IMG/VR virus record: IMGVR_UViG_3300020438_000007 | Span: 124,001 to 188,000 of that record | Direction: 5' to 3' (one strand) | DNA: 64,000 nucleotides | Shown: piece by piece, positions 49,160-56,247 of the stretch | Layout of the letters: every line of letters starts with the position of its first letter | How positions within the stretch are numbered: the first letter of the stretch is position 1 | Program-made: the position numbers and the translations under genes | Notes under the pieces: generated by a model | What the model was told of the DNA's origin: nothing | The model's input: only the letters and a program-made list of their open reading frames with translations | Databases searched by the model: none

Positions 49160-49225
49160 GATTGTGGGAGAGATTCGACTTAAAGAGCATTTTCCACTGG
49201 GGTCGCTCACTCTTGCCTCCCACAT
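49160..49225 (-). ncRNA. Candidate small structured RNA or structured leader (RNA A)
   Basis: Starts at the predicted TSS of element 12; 8-bp closing stem UGUGGGAG/CUCCCACA, inner stem AAGAGU/GCUCUU, possible CGAC/GUCG pseudoknot. Confidence 0.45.
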
Positions 49226-49264
49226 TTATATAATAATCCATTGGGATAGGATTACAACCAGTAG

Positions 49265-49288
49265 TGTGCCAGTTTATTATATGTCACA
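49265..49288 (-). promoter_or_regulatory. Palindromic promoter element copy 12
   Basis: TGTGCCAGT-ttatta-TATGTCACA; 7-bp gap, TTGTAA-16-TATTAT. Confidence 0.8.
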
Positions 49289-49468
49289 TTCGGGGTTGAG
49301 AAATTGTCTATTTCGCTTTACCTTAGTAGTTGAAATATCAATTAGGTCTTCTAACTCTTCAATAGAATTAGATAGGTTATCATCATCTTTCTCTTCAGAA
49401 TAGAAAAATAATGCTTCACTTAACAAGTTGAATTGCTTGTCAGTTAGTGTTACATCGATCTTATACAT
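49277..49468 (-). CDS. Hypothetical protein (63 aa)
   Basis: ORF track. Confidence 0.65.
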   Translation of the reverse strand: MYKIDVTLTDKQFNLLSEALFFYSEEKDDDNLSNSIEELEDLIDISTTKVKRNRQFLNPECDI

Positions 49469-49469
49469 C

Positions 49470-50081
49470 TTACCTCATAGGTATGTTAAATGACATGATT
49501 GTCCTCTGTTTATCTGATTTAGATACTGGCGATTCATGTAACAATACAGAGGGGAAAGTTAGAATCTCACCTTCATTTACTGAAGGCGCAACCTTATCTA
49601 TTGTACCATAAAAAGGGTTAGGATTAGGACTATAAAATGTAGTGGGAAAGTGCTCTTCTGCATCAAATTCAACATATAATACACATGATATATTCATTAA
49701 ACCATGATTGTGGGCACCATGATATTGTCCTCTGTCATATCTCTGTGACCATAGTTGCCAATCCTCAATACCTTTGAAAGGGCAATCTCCTCTATATCTA
49801 TCATTCAATATCTGTGTGTATTCATTAACTAACCTATCTAAATCAGTTTCCAATATCTCATAAAACTCCATAAGATATGGTGCTGAAGTCTGATACTTAT
49901 AGTAATCAGTCTGGCACTCATAATCTTGTTTAAAGTAATCAAACTCTTGAAGATCATCACCAGTAAAATCCATTAGATTTAAGAGTTTAGATTTCTTGTC
50001 ACTCCAATCATCTACCACAAACTTAGTGATAGGGAACCCAAATAGATTTAGAGATTGACCGTTCATTTCTTGTGATTTCAT
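49470..50081 (-). CDS. Putative 2OG-Fe(II) oxygenase (HxH type, 203 aa)
   Basis: AHNHG..ISCVLYV...TFPSVLLHES...RTIMSFN. Confidence 0.8.
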   Translation of the reverse strand: MKSQEMNGQSLNLFGFPITKFVVDDWSDKKSKLLNLMDFTGDDLQEFDYFKQDYECQTDYYKYQTSAPYLMEFYEILETDLDRLVNEYTQILNDRYRGDCPFKGIEDWQLWSQRYDRGQYHGAHNHGLMNISCVLYVEFDAEEHFPTTFYSPNPNPFYGTIDKVAPSVNEGEILTFPSVLLHESPVSKSDKQRTIMSFNIPMR

Positions 50082-50211
50082 TTTCTGTCTTGAGAACCCT
50101 TGCCACCACTAGACCAAAGACCTGTTTTTTCCATAATTCTGTCCGTCAGGTGTGTTTGGTCATCCATCCCACTCTCGTTATGGAAAAAAGACTAAGTGTC
50201 ATCCTAGAAGT

Positions 50212-50382
50212 TCATTTGTGCTTATAGTTCTTTCTTGATTTGCGCCTTGGTTTTATACCCTTGTCTCTCTTCAACTCTGCTTTAAGTTTCTTTAGAAATT
50301 TCAAGTGATCAGGATACACCAATCTCATCAGATCCTTTTTAGTCTGTCTCGATTCTTTACTAATCTCTGTCCACCTCAACAT
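50212..50382 (-). CDS. Small basic protein (56 aa; not in track)
   Basis: MLRWTEIS...YPDHLKFLKKLKAELKRDKG... Confidence 0.5.
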   Translation of the reverse strand: MLRWTEISKESRQTKKDLMRLVYPDHLKFLKKLKAELKRDKGIKPRRKSRKNYKHK

Positions 50383-50626
50383 CATTTATGTCCTGAAATG
50401 TAATGTTTGCGATGTCCGAATCAGTCCAATCTGTGATATCATCAAGGAATAAGTCGGTATCATCAAAATCATCTGCCTCGATCATCATTTCCTGTACTAA
50501 TGCCTCAGCGTCCTCAAGTCGAACTTTATCCACCAAACTACTCATCTGTGTGGCGAATTGCTCTTCCATGACTGAAAGGCATTGTGCTCTGATCTTGTCA
50601 ATTTGTGCCATTGGTTTAATTACCAT
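50360..50626 (-). CDS. Acidic hypothetical protein (88 aa)
   Basis: ORF track; TTGCAA-17-TATAAT promoter at 50635-50663. Confidence 0.65.
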   Translation of the reverse strand: MVIKPMAQIDKIRAQCLSVMEEQFATQMSSLVDKVRLEDAEALVQEMMIEADDFDDTDLFLDDITDWTDSDIANITFQDINDVEVDRD

Positions 50627-50663
50627 GTAGTTTAATTATACTATAATGTTAAGTTATTTGCAA

Positions 50664-51896
50664 CTACCTTGTCGCTCTTGATACCTGTGACTCTCCTCTA
50701 GTAAAGATAGTGTCAACAACTGATTGAAGGCGACGTTCTGTACCAATACCCACATTGCTGTAAACTGGTACAAACATCTTGCCAAATGGTTTTACATAAC
50801 CATTTCCATTGATGTTAGGTTTGAGAGCACCTGTACTAATCTTAAGTGCATCTTCCTTATGTAGTCGAATGACTCGACCAATAGTCTGTGCCATGGTGAT
50901 TAGATCAAGATTCCTCAATAGAATACAAGCAGTCAATCCGCTCACATTCATACCCTCTGAGAGAATAGAATGATGAAACATGACAAACTTCTTGTCAGGG
51001 TCAGCACCCCACTTGTTCATCAAATTGAAGAATGTCTTGCGAGTGACCTTCTTACCATTGATGATAGCACCATACTTTGATGTAATCCACATTACATTGT
51101 ATTTCATAGAGTGACATACTGCCATGAAATCAGTTTGAGTAATCAACTTGTGAATGTTCTTACTAGACTTAGCAGTGACCAATACTTTGTCCATGTGATC
51201 TTCATTTTCAAGAGCATCAAGAATCATACACCTGTCAATCTGCTCGACTGATTCATAGAACCCGATAGGATACTTGACTGACTTGACTTGAGGCGGTACA
51301 ATGTAACCCTTTTCAATCAACTCTGGAGCAGCGACTTCTGCAATAACATTACCATACACCTTGACATTGTTCATACCTCTCTCTTGTGATGTATGATGTT
51401 TAGGTGTGGCAGTGAAGTAAAACTTACGTCTGGTAATCTTAGAGCGATTCTTGACACTCTCAAAGAAGTTCCTTTGAACTGAATTGTGTGCCTCATCATA
51501 ATATACTGTGTCTGCTTCAACATCTTCTCTGACTTTGTGAAGTGAGTGATATGTTGTAAAGATCAACTGGTTCCTTGTACTGTTATGATGCCACTCTTGA
51601 ATCTCTTCTGGGTTAGTAGTAGTCTTATAGTTAGTCTCTCCACTATGAACATGAAGCACCTCGACATTATCAATGTGCTCTAAGAACTCCTCACACAACT
51701 GTTGTGCAAGTAAGATTCTAGGAGCAACAACAATAATAGTCTGCGGAATAGGCATACTGAATCGCCACTTAGCGTCCATAATCATACATATTGTTTTACC
51801 GCCACCTGTGGGTACAAGAACCTGCCCCCACTTGTGTTGCATGGTATCAATTATGTCTGTTTGATGGTCACGAAGTTGCATAGTCAGTTGTCTCAA
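50664..51896 (-). CDS. Superfamily 2 DEAH-box helicase (410 aa)
   Basis: Q motif LRDHQ, Walker A PTGGGKT, DEAH, motif III TAT, motif V ILSEG, motif VI QTIGRVIR. Confidence 0.9.
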   Translation of the reverse strand: MRQLTMQLRDHQTDIIDTMQHKWGQVLVPTGGGKTICMIMDAKWRFSMPIPQTIIVVAPRILLAQQLCEEFLEHIDNVEVLHVHSGETNYKTTTNPEEIQEWHHNSTRNQLIFTTYHSLHKVREDVEADTVYYDEAHNSVQRNFFESVKNRSKITRRKFYFTATPKHHTSQERGMNNVKVYGNVIAEVAAPELIEKGYIVPPQVKSVKYPIGFYESVEQIDRCMILDALENEDHMDKVLVTAKSSKNIHKLITQTDFMAVCHSMKYNVMWITSKYGAIINGKKVTRKTFFNLMNKWGADPDKKFVMFHHSILSEGMNVSGLTACILLRNLDLITMAQTIGRVIRLHKEDALKISTGALKPNINGNGYVKPFGKMFVPVYSNVGIGTERRLQSVVDTIFTRGESQVSRATR

Positions 51897-51913
51897 TACT
51901 CATATTATAGGAT

Positions 51914-51939
51914 AAAAAAAGACCCCTGCATGGGGTCTT
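51914..51939 (-). terminator. Intrinsic terminator superimposed on the -35 region of element 13
   Basis: Minus strand AAGACCCC-ATGCA-GGGGTCTT with a T-run. Confidence 0.7.
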
Positions 51940-51962
51940 GTGACAGTTTCAGAACTGTGCCA
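51939..51962 (-). promoter_or_regulatory. Palindromic promoter element copy 13
   Basis: TGTGACAGT-ttcaga-ACTGTGCCA; TATAAT at 51904-51909. Confidence 0.75.
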
Positions 51963-52134
51963 ATAGTTTTTGAGTCTCAGGATCGAACTCCTCTTTGACT
52001 CCATTGATGTCCATCAACCAATCATCTGCCTCAAGTCGTTCAAACTCTTCGGTTCCAAGTGTCCATTCGGGATCGCCCGAGAACATTTGGGCATTTTCTT
52101 CAAACTCTTGTGGGGTCATTGTCTTAATAATCAA
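51949..52134 (-). CDS. Hypothetical protein (61 aa)
   Basis: ORF track. Confidence 0.6.
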   Translation of the reverse strand: MIIKTMTPQEFEENAQMFSGDPEWTLGTEEFERLEADDWLMDINGVKEEFDPETQKLLAQF

Positions 52135-52164
52135 AATTTACAAAAAATAATAAACACATCAAAC

Positions 52165-52398
52165 TCAGCAACTTGCAGGCGAGTATTGTTGTGGTTCAGT
52201 CAGGAAATCTGTCACCTGATAACCAAGATCGAGACGTGAATTGATTGTCTCAGTCATTTCTCTCTTGCTCATCAGTCGCATTGACATAGCATTAACTTCG
52301 CCTTGATTGTTCTTCAGTTTGAGAGTATAAACGAATTTCTCAGTCAAAATGTTGTGAGGGCGGAACTCTACTGACATTGAACCTGATGTGAGTTGCAT
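52165..52398 (-). CDS. Hypothetical protein (77 aa)
   Basis: ORF track; follows element 14. Confidence 0.7.
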   Translation of the reverse strand: MQLTSGSMSVEFRPHNILTEKFVYTLKLKNNQGEVNAMSMRLMSKREMTETINSRLDLGYQVTDFLTEPQQYSPASC

Positions 52399-52457
52399 GG
52401 GGTCTCTTGTGTTTACTCTCTTATTATAATGGGATCAGAGTCCCCTGCAACCACCTG

Positions 52458-52481
52458 TGTGCCAGTTATCCAACTGGTGGT
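52458..52481 (-). promoter_or_regulatory. Palindromic promoter element copy 14
   Basis: TGTGCCAGT-tatcca-ACTGGTGGT; 7-bp gap, TTGCAG-16-TATAAT. Confidence 0.8.
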
Positions 52482-52765
52482 GTGCCTGGTGCCTGAGCAG
52501 GCATTGATTCCATATCAAACTTACTAGATGCCTTCTCTAGTTCTACCTTACCCTTGAGGGCATTGACCTCTGCAATAAGAGTCTTAATATCATCTTGTTG
52601 TTTATACAAGGCAGCATTAACCAATGACTCCAATGTAGTCAATCTCTCATCAAGATTACCAATGGTTCGCATTGATGCTTGTAATTGTTTCTTTAGTCTA
52701 TCTACTTGTTGCAACTTAGTTTTAGTAAGTGCTTCTGTGTCTGATGTTAGTGAATCGTATCCCAT
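52466..52765 (-). CDS. Coiled-coil hypothetical protein (99 aa)
   Basis: ORF track; heptad pattern; CTAAATA late promoter at 52786-52792. Confidence 0.7.
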   Translation of the reverse strand: MGYDSLTSDTEALTKTKLQQVDRLKKQLQASMRTIGNLDERLTTLESLVNAALYKQQDDIKTLIAEVNALKGKVELEKASSKFDMESMPAQAPGTPPVG

Positions 52766-52805
52766 AATTTATGTTACTCTTTGATTATTTAGATAGGTGT
52801 GCGTA

Positions 52806-53231
52806 TTACCTGATGTACAGATAACCACCTGCCCAGTCACAGTTTGATAGCATCCACTGACGTTGATTGATGTCTCTCATATCAAATCTAACGTGTTTAG
52901 CAGGTGCTTTCCATGAAGCAGGTTTGTAAACCTCTCCTGTCATTTTGTCAACAAAAGCATGAACCCCTGCACTATCATATTTGCCTTGGTGGTAGTCATT
53001 CTGAATGATCTTATGATACCTTTTGCCTGATGTTATAGTAAACCTCATGCACTCTTCATCATTCTCAATTTTGTTAATCCTATCCTGTAGGTATGGATTA
53101 TTTTCCTCTGAATTATTCTTGATGCAAGAGCGAACTGCGTAGTTCTTATACTGTTGTTCGAGAGCACGGCAAAGTGTCTCTGTCCATTGAAGTACTTCTA
53201 CTTTTGTGAGTGATTGTTCTAGTGTTGACAT
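52806..53231 (-). CDS. Hypothetical protein (141 aa)
   Basis: 'GKRYHKI...VHAFVDK.TGEVYKPASWKAPAKHVRF' motif. Confidence 0.75.
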   Translation of the reverse strand: MSTLEQSLTKVEVLQWTETLCRALEQQYKNYAVRSCIKNNSEENNPYLQDRINKIENDEECMRFTITSGKRYHKIIQNDYHQGKYDSAGVHAFVDKMTGEVYKPASWKAPAKHVRFDMRDINQRQWMLSNCDWAGGYLYIR

Positions 53232-53258
53232 AATCTTTGTTTGTATTGTTGTTTGTTA

Positions 53259-53305
53259 AAGAGAAAAGGGGGGAAAGGTAACAAACACAAAACCTTTCCC
53301 TCCAC
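53259..53305 (-). terminator. Terminator-like hairpin directly after the element-15 TSS (RNA C)
   Basis: GGGAAAGGT-TTTGTGTTTGTT-ACCTTTCCC followed by CCCTTTTCTCTTT. Confidence 0.6.
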
Positions 53306-53346
53306 ATTCATATATTACTGCTTTATGGTGGTAATACAACCACCTA

Positions 53347-53370
53347 TGTGCCACTACTTCAACTGTCCAC
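53347..53370 (-). promoter_or_regulatory. Palindromic promoter element copy 15
   Basis: TGTGCCACT-acttca-ACTGTCCAC; 7-bp gap, TTGTAT-16-TAATAT. Confidence 0.8.
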
Positions 53371-53530
53371 TCTTACCAAGTCTGTGTAGATAGTAACCTA
53401 TGAGAGCACCAATACCCATCTTAAACAAGGCACTGAAAGAATTGTCAATTCGATTCAAATTAATATCTGTGCCTGTACCATACTCACTATTCCTCAAATG
53501 ATAGTGAACAGTTTTGGGTCTGGTTTTCAT
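53354..53530 (-). CDS. Hypothetical protein with C-terminal hydrophobic segment (58 aa)
   Basis: Track ORF restarted at MKTRPK. Confidence 0.5.
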   Translation of the reverse strand: MKTRPKTVHYHLRNSEYGTGTDINLNRIDNSFSALFKMGIGALIGYYLHRLGKSGQLK

Positions 53531-53551
53531 GGCAATAATATAGTTGGGTGC

Positions 53552-53639
53552 GAGAAACAAAAACGTGGACTTAAACTCATTGACTTCTTTTTACGTTTAG
53601 GACTTGCACCTAACCCAATGGATGCCAGTTTTGTTTCCC
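53552..53639 (-). ncRNA. Candidate structured RNA with T-loop-like hairpin (RNA B)
   Basis: Begins ~7 nt after a consensus promoter; closing stem GGGAAACAAAAC/GUUUUUGUUUCUC, CAUUGG/UCAAUG, UUAGG-UGCAAGU-CCUAA. Confidence 0.5.
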
Positions 53640-53645
53640 ATTATC

Positions 53646-53674
53646 ATTATAGGTCATCTACCTGTCCTTGTCAA
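53646..53674 (-). promoter_or_regulatory. Consensus sigma70 promoter
   Basis: TTGACA-17-TATAAT. Confidence 0.85.
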
Positions 53675-54383
53675 GTTCTTGGTTCTCATTGTACTGAGGG
53701 TTGCACTCTTCTGTAAATGCTTTCCTTCTCTCTTGTGGTGTTAGTTGTACCACTCGCCAACCGTAGTCTCCATTAGTGACAATGGTGGGCATCATGTTCA
53801 TTGATAATGTGACTCTGTTGTCTCCATTATTATGTTGATAACCATGTATGACTTGAGCAGGGAAAATCATCAGTTCGCCCTCTTTCACCTGTACTTGATT
53901 ATCCTGATTGTGGTCTGTAAACTTCTTCCGCATCAATGTTAGACTAGGCATTACAGGATAGTATAAATTTTCTTCTCTTGTGAAGTGTGTATTTACATGA
54001 TCTTTTGTAACATCAAAGTTCACATAATATATGCAACTTAGGTAAGAATTGCTATGAAAGTGTGGATGTTGGTATCCACCCTTGTCGCTTATGTTATACC
54101 AACTATCTGTAACTGCTACTGTCTCCTGTATATAATGACCTAGAACTTCCTTTGCATAATATTCTCCTTGTTGTTCACACCAATTTTTAAATCTACCATA
54201 CTTCATATCCTCATGGAGCACAGAGTAATGTCCAAGGTGCTTTAACGCCTTTGAGTTTGCATTGTAAGATAACTGATTGCTTTTCTGTTCTTCAATGTCA
54301 TCTAACATATTTTGCTTTACCTTATCATGGAATGGGCACTCCACGATAAGAACTGGCGTTGGCAGAATGTTTACTACTTCCAT
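53658..54383 (-). CDS. Putative 2OG-Fe(II) oxygenase (HxH type, 241 aa)
   Basis: PHFHSNS..SCIYYV...IFPAQVIHG...RVTLSMN. Confidence 0.8.
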   Translation of the reverse strand: MEVVNILPTPVLIVECPFHDKVKQNMLDDIEEQKSNQLSYNANSKALKHLGHYSVLHEDMKYGRFKNWCEQQGEYYAKEVLGHYIQETVAVTDSWYNISDKGGYQHPHFHSNSYLSCIYYVNFDVTKDHVNTHFTREENLYYPVMPSLTLMRKKFTDHNQDNQVQVKEGELMIFPAQVIHGYQHNNGDNRVTLSMNMMPTIVTNGDYGWRVVQLTPQERRKAFTEECNPQYNENQELDKDR

Positions 54384-54384
54384 G

Positions 54385-55089
54385 TTATAAATTAGGATAA
54401 TCCCATAGTTCGCCTGACCTTTGGTTAGTCATGGCATTGTGTCTCTCTTGTTTGGTCAGAGGTTCAATTCTCACCTCATTCACATATCTAGGCATCAAAT
54501 TACTTGATACTGTAATTCTATTGTTACTGTAATTAGTTGCATAACCATGGCAAGTATTAGCAGGCCACAGTAACAACGAACCCTCTAATCCTACCACTTC
54601 ATTAACATAATTATACTTTGTTTTCTCGTAATTTGTCAACATATATGCAAAGTAGTCAGGATTTTTCTGACTATTGTTTGGTCTGTAAAAATATGTTGGA
54701 GCGTGGACTTCATCATCAAAGTTGATATAATATAAGGCACATATAACGGCATTTATATGAAAATGCGGACTCTGACGACCACCTTCATCACACACATTTA
54801 ACCAACTATCTGTCAATACAAAATCAGATGTATCATAGTTAAGTATATCTTTTGCGTATATTTCTGCCTGTAGTTCTATCCACTCCCTAAACTCCTTGTA
54901 CTTATCTTGAGATAGAGGCGAGTAGTAATCAAGGTGTTCTAATCTTTTTGCGGGTGCGTCAACCTTTTTATGTTCATAGTCATTACCATGACTATTGATC
55001 TCATCAGTAATTAATGACTTTAGTTTCTCATGCTCAGGGTATAATACTGCTCCTAACTGTAAAGGTAGTATATCAACCACTCTCATCAA
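54385..55089 (-). CDS. Putative 2OG-Fe(II) oxygenase (HxH type, 234 aa)
   Basis: PHFHINA.ICALYYI...LWPA...HG...RITVSSN; paralog of 53658..54383. Confidence 0.8.
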   Translation of the reverse strand: MMRVVDILPLQLGAVLYPEHEKLKSLITDEINSHGNDYEHKKVDAPAKRLEHLDYYSPLSQDKYKEFREWIELQAEIYAKDILNYDTSDFVLTDSWLNVCDEGGRQSPHFHINAVICALYYINFDDEVHAPTYFYRPNNSQKNPDYFAYMLTNYEKTKYNYVNEVVGLEGSLLLWPANTCHGYATNYSNNRITVSSNLMPRYVNEVRIEPLTKQERHNAMTNQRSGELWDYPNL

Positions 55090-55721
55090 CTTTCACCTAC
55101 ACTATTTGGGTGGTTTTCTCCCCAAACTTCCTTTAAAAATGATTCAGGCAACATATCTCTAGGAGCAGGCGAAGTGTTGAAACTTACAGTAATTCGTTCC
55201 TGATCTGTATTATTAACTCTGCTTCCATGTTCTAACCAAGAAGGAAATAGGTATAGATGATTTTCTTTAATTGGTATATCCATTTCATATACACCATAAC
55301 GTGTAGGTTGTATGTTATGAATACACATCATATATGGTTTGAGTGGCGATACCACGAAAAACTGTCCAAAATCTCCCTCTGGTAACTCAAGATAGAAAGC
55401 ACCACTTACAACACTAGACTCATGGCGATGTTTATCTGTGTATCCACCTTTGGGCAGCATATTATACCATGCTCCACTAATAATTGCAGGGTAGTTTCCT
55501 ATTTTAGCATTATAATCATTCAAACACTCATGAAAAACATTTAATATATCATAACAACCCTCATCTTGTAACGGATCCCAACCACCATGAGAACTGACAC
55601 CATTCACTGCTAAAGAATGTCCATGTGTTTTACCTTGTTCTTTTATATGTTTTTTAAAATAATCTAAACCAGGCGCCTCTGTTAGATCATATTCTTCCAA
55701 TAGTGTGGGAAATAAATCCAT
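55086..55721 (-). CDS. Putative 2OG-Fe(II) oxygenase (TIGR02466-like, 211 aa)
   Basis: HRHESSVVSGAFY...LFPSWLEHG...RITVSFN. Confidence 0.85.
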   Translation of the reverse strand: MDLFPTLLEEYDLTEAPGLDYFKKHIKEQGKTHGHSLAVNGVSSHGGWDPLQDEGCYDILNVFHECLNDYNAKIGNYPAIISGAWYNMLPKGGYTDKHRHESSVVSGAFYLELPEGDFGQFFVVSPLKPYMMCIHNIQPTRYGVYEMDIPIKENHLYLFPSWLEHGSRVNNTDQERITVSFNTSPAPRDMLPESFLKEVWGENHPNSVGES

Positions 55722-55722
55722 A

Positions 55723-56247
55723 TCAATTCCATTTACAATAGTCTATGTTGAGAACAACTCTCAGGTCAGCATCAGTACATGACGTACCTGCGTGAAGCAA
55801 ATCACCTGAGAATATAACTGCCCTATTCTCTTTTGATACCACTTTCTGTCCGTCCTCAAAGTATGTATATCCATCATTGTCATTGAAGTATATCACACAA
55901 ATATGATAGTCTGGTATGTCAGTAAAGTTGCCTTGACTATCTTGGGGACCTGATACATCAACGTGTAATGGTTTCTCTTTTATGTTTGTCGTTCTAGGTG
56001 TGGCATTGAACTTAATCCTATGCAATGCAAATGGATTAATTGTAGCAAATATTGGTTTAATTATACCATAAAGATCTGATATTGGTTCAGAGTCTATGTA
56101 ACAGGCATGAGTAAATTGTGGGCAACCATCGCCTTCCATCACAGAGGTAGGAGAATAGTACCAAGGCATAACCCCACCAAAGATATACTCTTTGATAGGG
56201 TTAAAAACCTCAGTAGGTAGGAAGTTATCGTAAACTTCTATGCTCAT
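55723..56247 (-). CDS. Putative 2OG-Fe(II) oxygenase (HxD type, 174 aa)
   Basis: LHVD...YFNDNDGYT.F...ENRAVIFSG...HAG...RVVLNI. Confidence 0.8.
   Translation of the reverse strand: MSIEVYDNFLPTEVFNPIKEYIFGGVMPWYYSPTSVMEGDGCPQFTHACYIDSEPISDLYGIIKPIFATINPFALHRIKFNATPRTTNIKEKPLHVDVSGPQDSQGNFTDIPDYHICVIYFNDNDGYTYFEDGQKVVSKENRAVIFSGDLLHAGTSCTDADLRVVLNIDYCKWN

Noticed and set aside
50078-50167. 29-aa ORF MDDQTHLTDRIMEKTGLW…
   Set aside because: Too short and without independent support; left unannotated.
40541-53370. CRISPR array or mini-array interpretation of the recurring palindromes
   Set aside because: Repeats are separated by 0.3-2.7 kb of coding DNA, are imperfect, and are tied to promoter geometry; no cas genes.
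40541-53370. Classical integron attC sites
   Set aside because: No RYYYAAC/GTTRRRY cores enclosing a long hairpin, and no tyrosine recombinase in the window; only an analogy is claimed.
53552-53639. tRNA gene
   Set aside because: T-arm-like hairpin only; no D or anticodon arms, no cloverleaf, no CCA.
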